Of a DNA stretch of 64,000 nt, positions 61,915 through 64,000 are shown piece after piece. Position numbers and translations under genes: made by a program. Origin of the DNA: Gekko japonicus (lineage: Eukaryota). Position 1 is the first letter of the stretch. Each line of letters starts with the position of its first letter. The notes under the pieces are model-generated. The model was not told where the DNA came from. It saw only the letters and a list, made by a program, of their open reading frames with translations, and searched no databases. The DNA is taken from assembly GCF_001447785.1 (NCBI RefSeq), contig NW_015165240.1, positions 997,049-1,061,048 on the forward strand. The letters are read 5' to 3'.

Positions 61915-63087
61915 CAATGCTCCCTCTAAGCTGTGGAGTCTTGTGAGCAAAAAATCTACTTTGTGAGCTCCTGGCATTAAAGTTGTGAGCAAGTGATTTG
62001 GCTACTGTTAGCCTAACTGCTTTATCTACAGCAGAGGCTTTATGAAATATATATTTCAGTGGTGCTGGCCAATGTATACAGAATCAAAATAACCTCCTGA
62101 GGAACGTCCAGTTATGAAAGGAGACAAGGCTGGTATGTTGAAAGCAATTGGTTCCTTTTATTTCCTAACGTCTAATCCACATACATACGAAAAACAGATT
62201 CTCAACACAACCACACAAGATCTTCAGCATTTACAGAAATAGCAAATAGTTCTTTTATACTAAAGGATGGGAAGGGAAGTAGCAAATACTTATCTGATTC
62301 GAAGCTTGACCTTCTCAATGAAGAATACAGGAATAAGACTAGAATAACTATAGGAAATCTATATGCACACGGTTGGAACGTGCCAAACACGCGTGGACCT
62401 TTGTGGCTGCAGTCCACGAGGTCAGTGAGAACAAAGAGTTACTTGTACAGCAGAGCTGTGAGTAAATAGCTTAAGAGAGAAGATGGCTAGCGGGGTTCAA
62501 ACTGTTGAACCTCACTTTATATAGGGGGGCTCTTGGGGGCTGCCATTGATGCCATCCTCCTTGCCCTTCCCAACTGTGGTCCATCCCAAGAACTAACACT
62601 ATTGGTTATTAAGCAATGACGTGCCTACCTAAGAGGAGTGGGCAATATTGAAATCTAAACCTTTAACTCATGGGATGCATCTGGTCAAGGTGTGAAGATG
62701 GTACCAAGGCAGCCTTTGATGTGTAGAGAGCTGTAGCTTGGTCCCAAGCCATAAAACGACAATTCAACGATGCTTTCTTCTTCCTCAGGCTGGGGCTGTT
62801 TGAGTGCAAACCTCATTAGCATAAAATGCAGGCAGAGCATCTCTTCACAGTATTCAGAGCACACAGCTTTCCCAAACCCATAGGGAGTCATAGTCACAGT
62901 CCATGGCAGTGAGTGTGTGTCAGCAAACATAAATACATAAAAGCAAATATTCAGTTCATCTGCTAACACTACTGCATAAATTATTTTGCTCTGGAGCCAT
63001 CTTTCCTGAGCTAAGACAAAAAAGTTTGAGCCGGAGGCTAAAAAACGGTAAGCTAGCTCACACTAACTCAGCCTAGAGGGAACACTG
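61915..63087. mobile_element. hAT MITE split by a solo LTR
   Basis: TIR caatgctccctctaag / cctagagggaacactg; 8-bp TSD cttgcccc / cttgccac. Confidence 0.75.
62006..62968 (-). mobile_element. Solo LTR (963 bp)
   Basis: tgttagc...gctaaca; 4-bp TSD ctac (62002-62005, 62969-62972); minus-strand TATA (~62517) and AATAAA (~62157). Confidence 0.85.
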
Positions 63088-64000
63088 CTTGCCACCACAG
63101 TGTTTGTTTTATTGTCTTTAACTCTTATTTCCTACTGTATTTCTTAAATTAACCATCTTCTCCCCTGTACTTGGGTTTCCTCTGAGTGTGTGGCTCTGTT
63201 TCCTGCAACAGCCATTTTGTGGTTGCCCCTACCTCCCTGTGTCAGGATTCCAAAGGTACTCATAGCCATTGGCTCAAAATGCTGGGCACCCAATTTAACT
63301 GAAGGACTCGATTTAAGTAGAAATAGCTGGGGACCCGATTTCACTAGAAATCCAGAAGGCAGATCTTTTATGCCTGAGGGAAAATGGTGACACAGTAGGA
63401 GATTTAGGTAGAGCTACCCAAAAGTTCTGAGAAAATAAAAAGGTAAGTCTGTGGAGGGACACTCCTTTCTGGCAAGGAAACATCCTGAAAATCCAGAGGA
63501 AAAAGAAAAATGCAGGTGACAGCCTCTGAGCAAGTAGAGAAGATACTGTCACTGCACTTTGGCTGGTGGAACAGCGACAGTTATACGAGCAAGCACAAAG
63601 GAATGTCAAAGAACTGATTGTAAAATATAGGAATTAAATGTGAGTCCAGTATGAGCATCTGTGGTCCTCCTGGCTGTGATTGGATGGGGGGGTGTCTTCC
63701 CACGTGGGCAACTAAATGTGACTGCATCCAGGCAGGGGAATATTCTTGGTGAACAAAAGGGCCTGGAAGGTCAGAGGATTCACTCATGTCCAACATAGGC
63801 ACTCAGACAAGGTCAATAAAAAGTTATTGGCGGCTTGATAGTAATTAGACTGTGCACTCAAAAGGACTTCCATTTGCTGATGAATTTACTTTAATTGACT
63901 GAGGTGGGTGCCCAGTTTTGCAAGCCCTTGTGGCGACAGGTAGAAGAAAAAGAGTTGGTTTTTATACCCTGTGTTTCTCTACCTTAGGGAGTTTCAAAGC

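Noticed and set aside
62202-62969. ORFs 62202-62417 and 62685-62969 as host exons
   Set aside because: They lie within a solo LTR bounded by TG...CA and a TSD.

Overview
Repeat-dense vertebrate DNA, almost certainly squamate and probably gecko (inferred from the Sauria SINE, a Squam3-like tRNA SINE, CR1/L2 LINEs and SPIN). It holds two near full-length, decayed tyrosine-recombinase (YR) retrotransposons. A DIRS1-type element (13203-20211, minus) keeps its ITRs, ICR and adenine-methyltransferase-like domain. An Ngaro-type element (45665-51974, plus) carries a downstream SGNH-hydrolase ORF. The most interesting signal is that both YR elements carry in-phase GT-AG splice sites. In the Ngaro element a CAG|GTAAGC donor inside ORF1 joins in frame to an acceptor directly in front of the SGNH ORF, which has no start codon ahead of its first catalytic block. 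This predicts a spliced ORF1-esterase fusion that skips RT/RH/YR. Other contents: three non-autonomous Helitrons (one hosting the DIRS, one containing a CpG-rich, ORF-bearing, poly(A)-tailed cassette); a second ORF-bearing, RT-less retroposon with a 17-bp TSD; an orphan DLG5 exon-1 (CARD) fragment; a Penelope-like insert with a hammerhead ribozyme; a SPIN/URR1 MITE; several solo LTRs and hAT/Harbinger MITEs; and a few candidate exons of an unidentified minus-strand host gene. There is an assembly gap at 1539-1611. All family assignments come from reading motifs by eye; no database searches were run.
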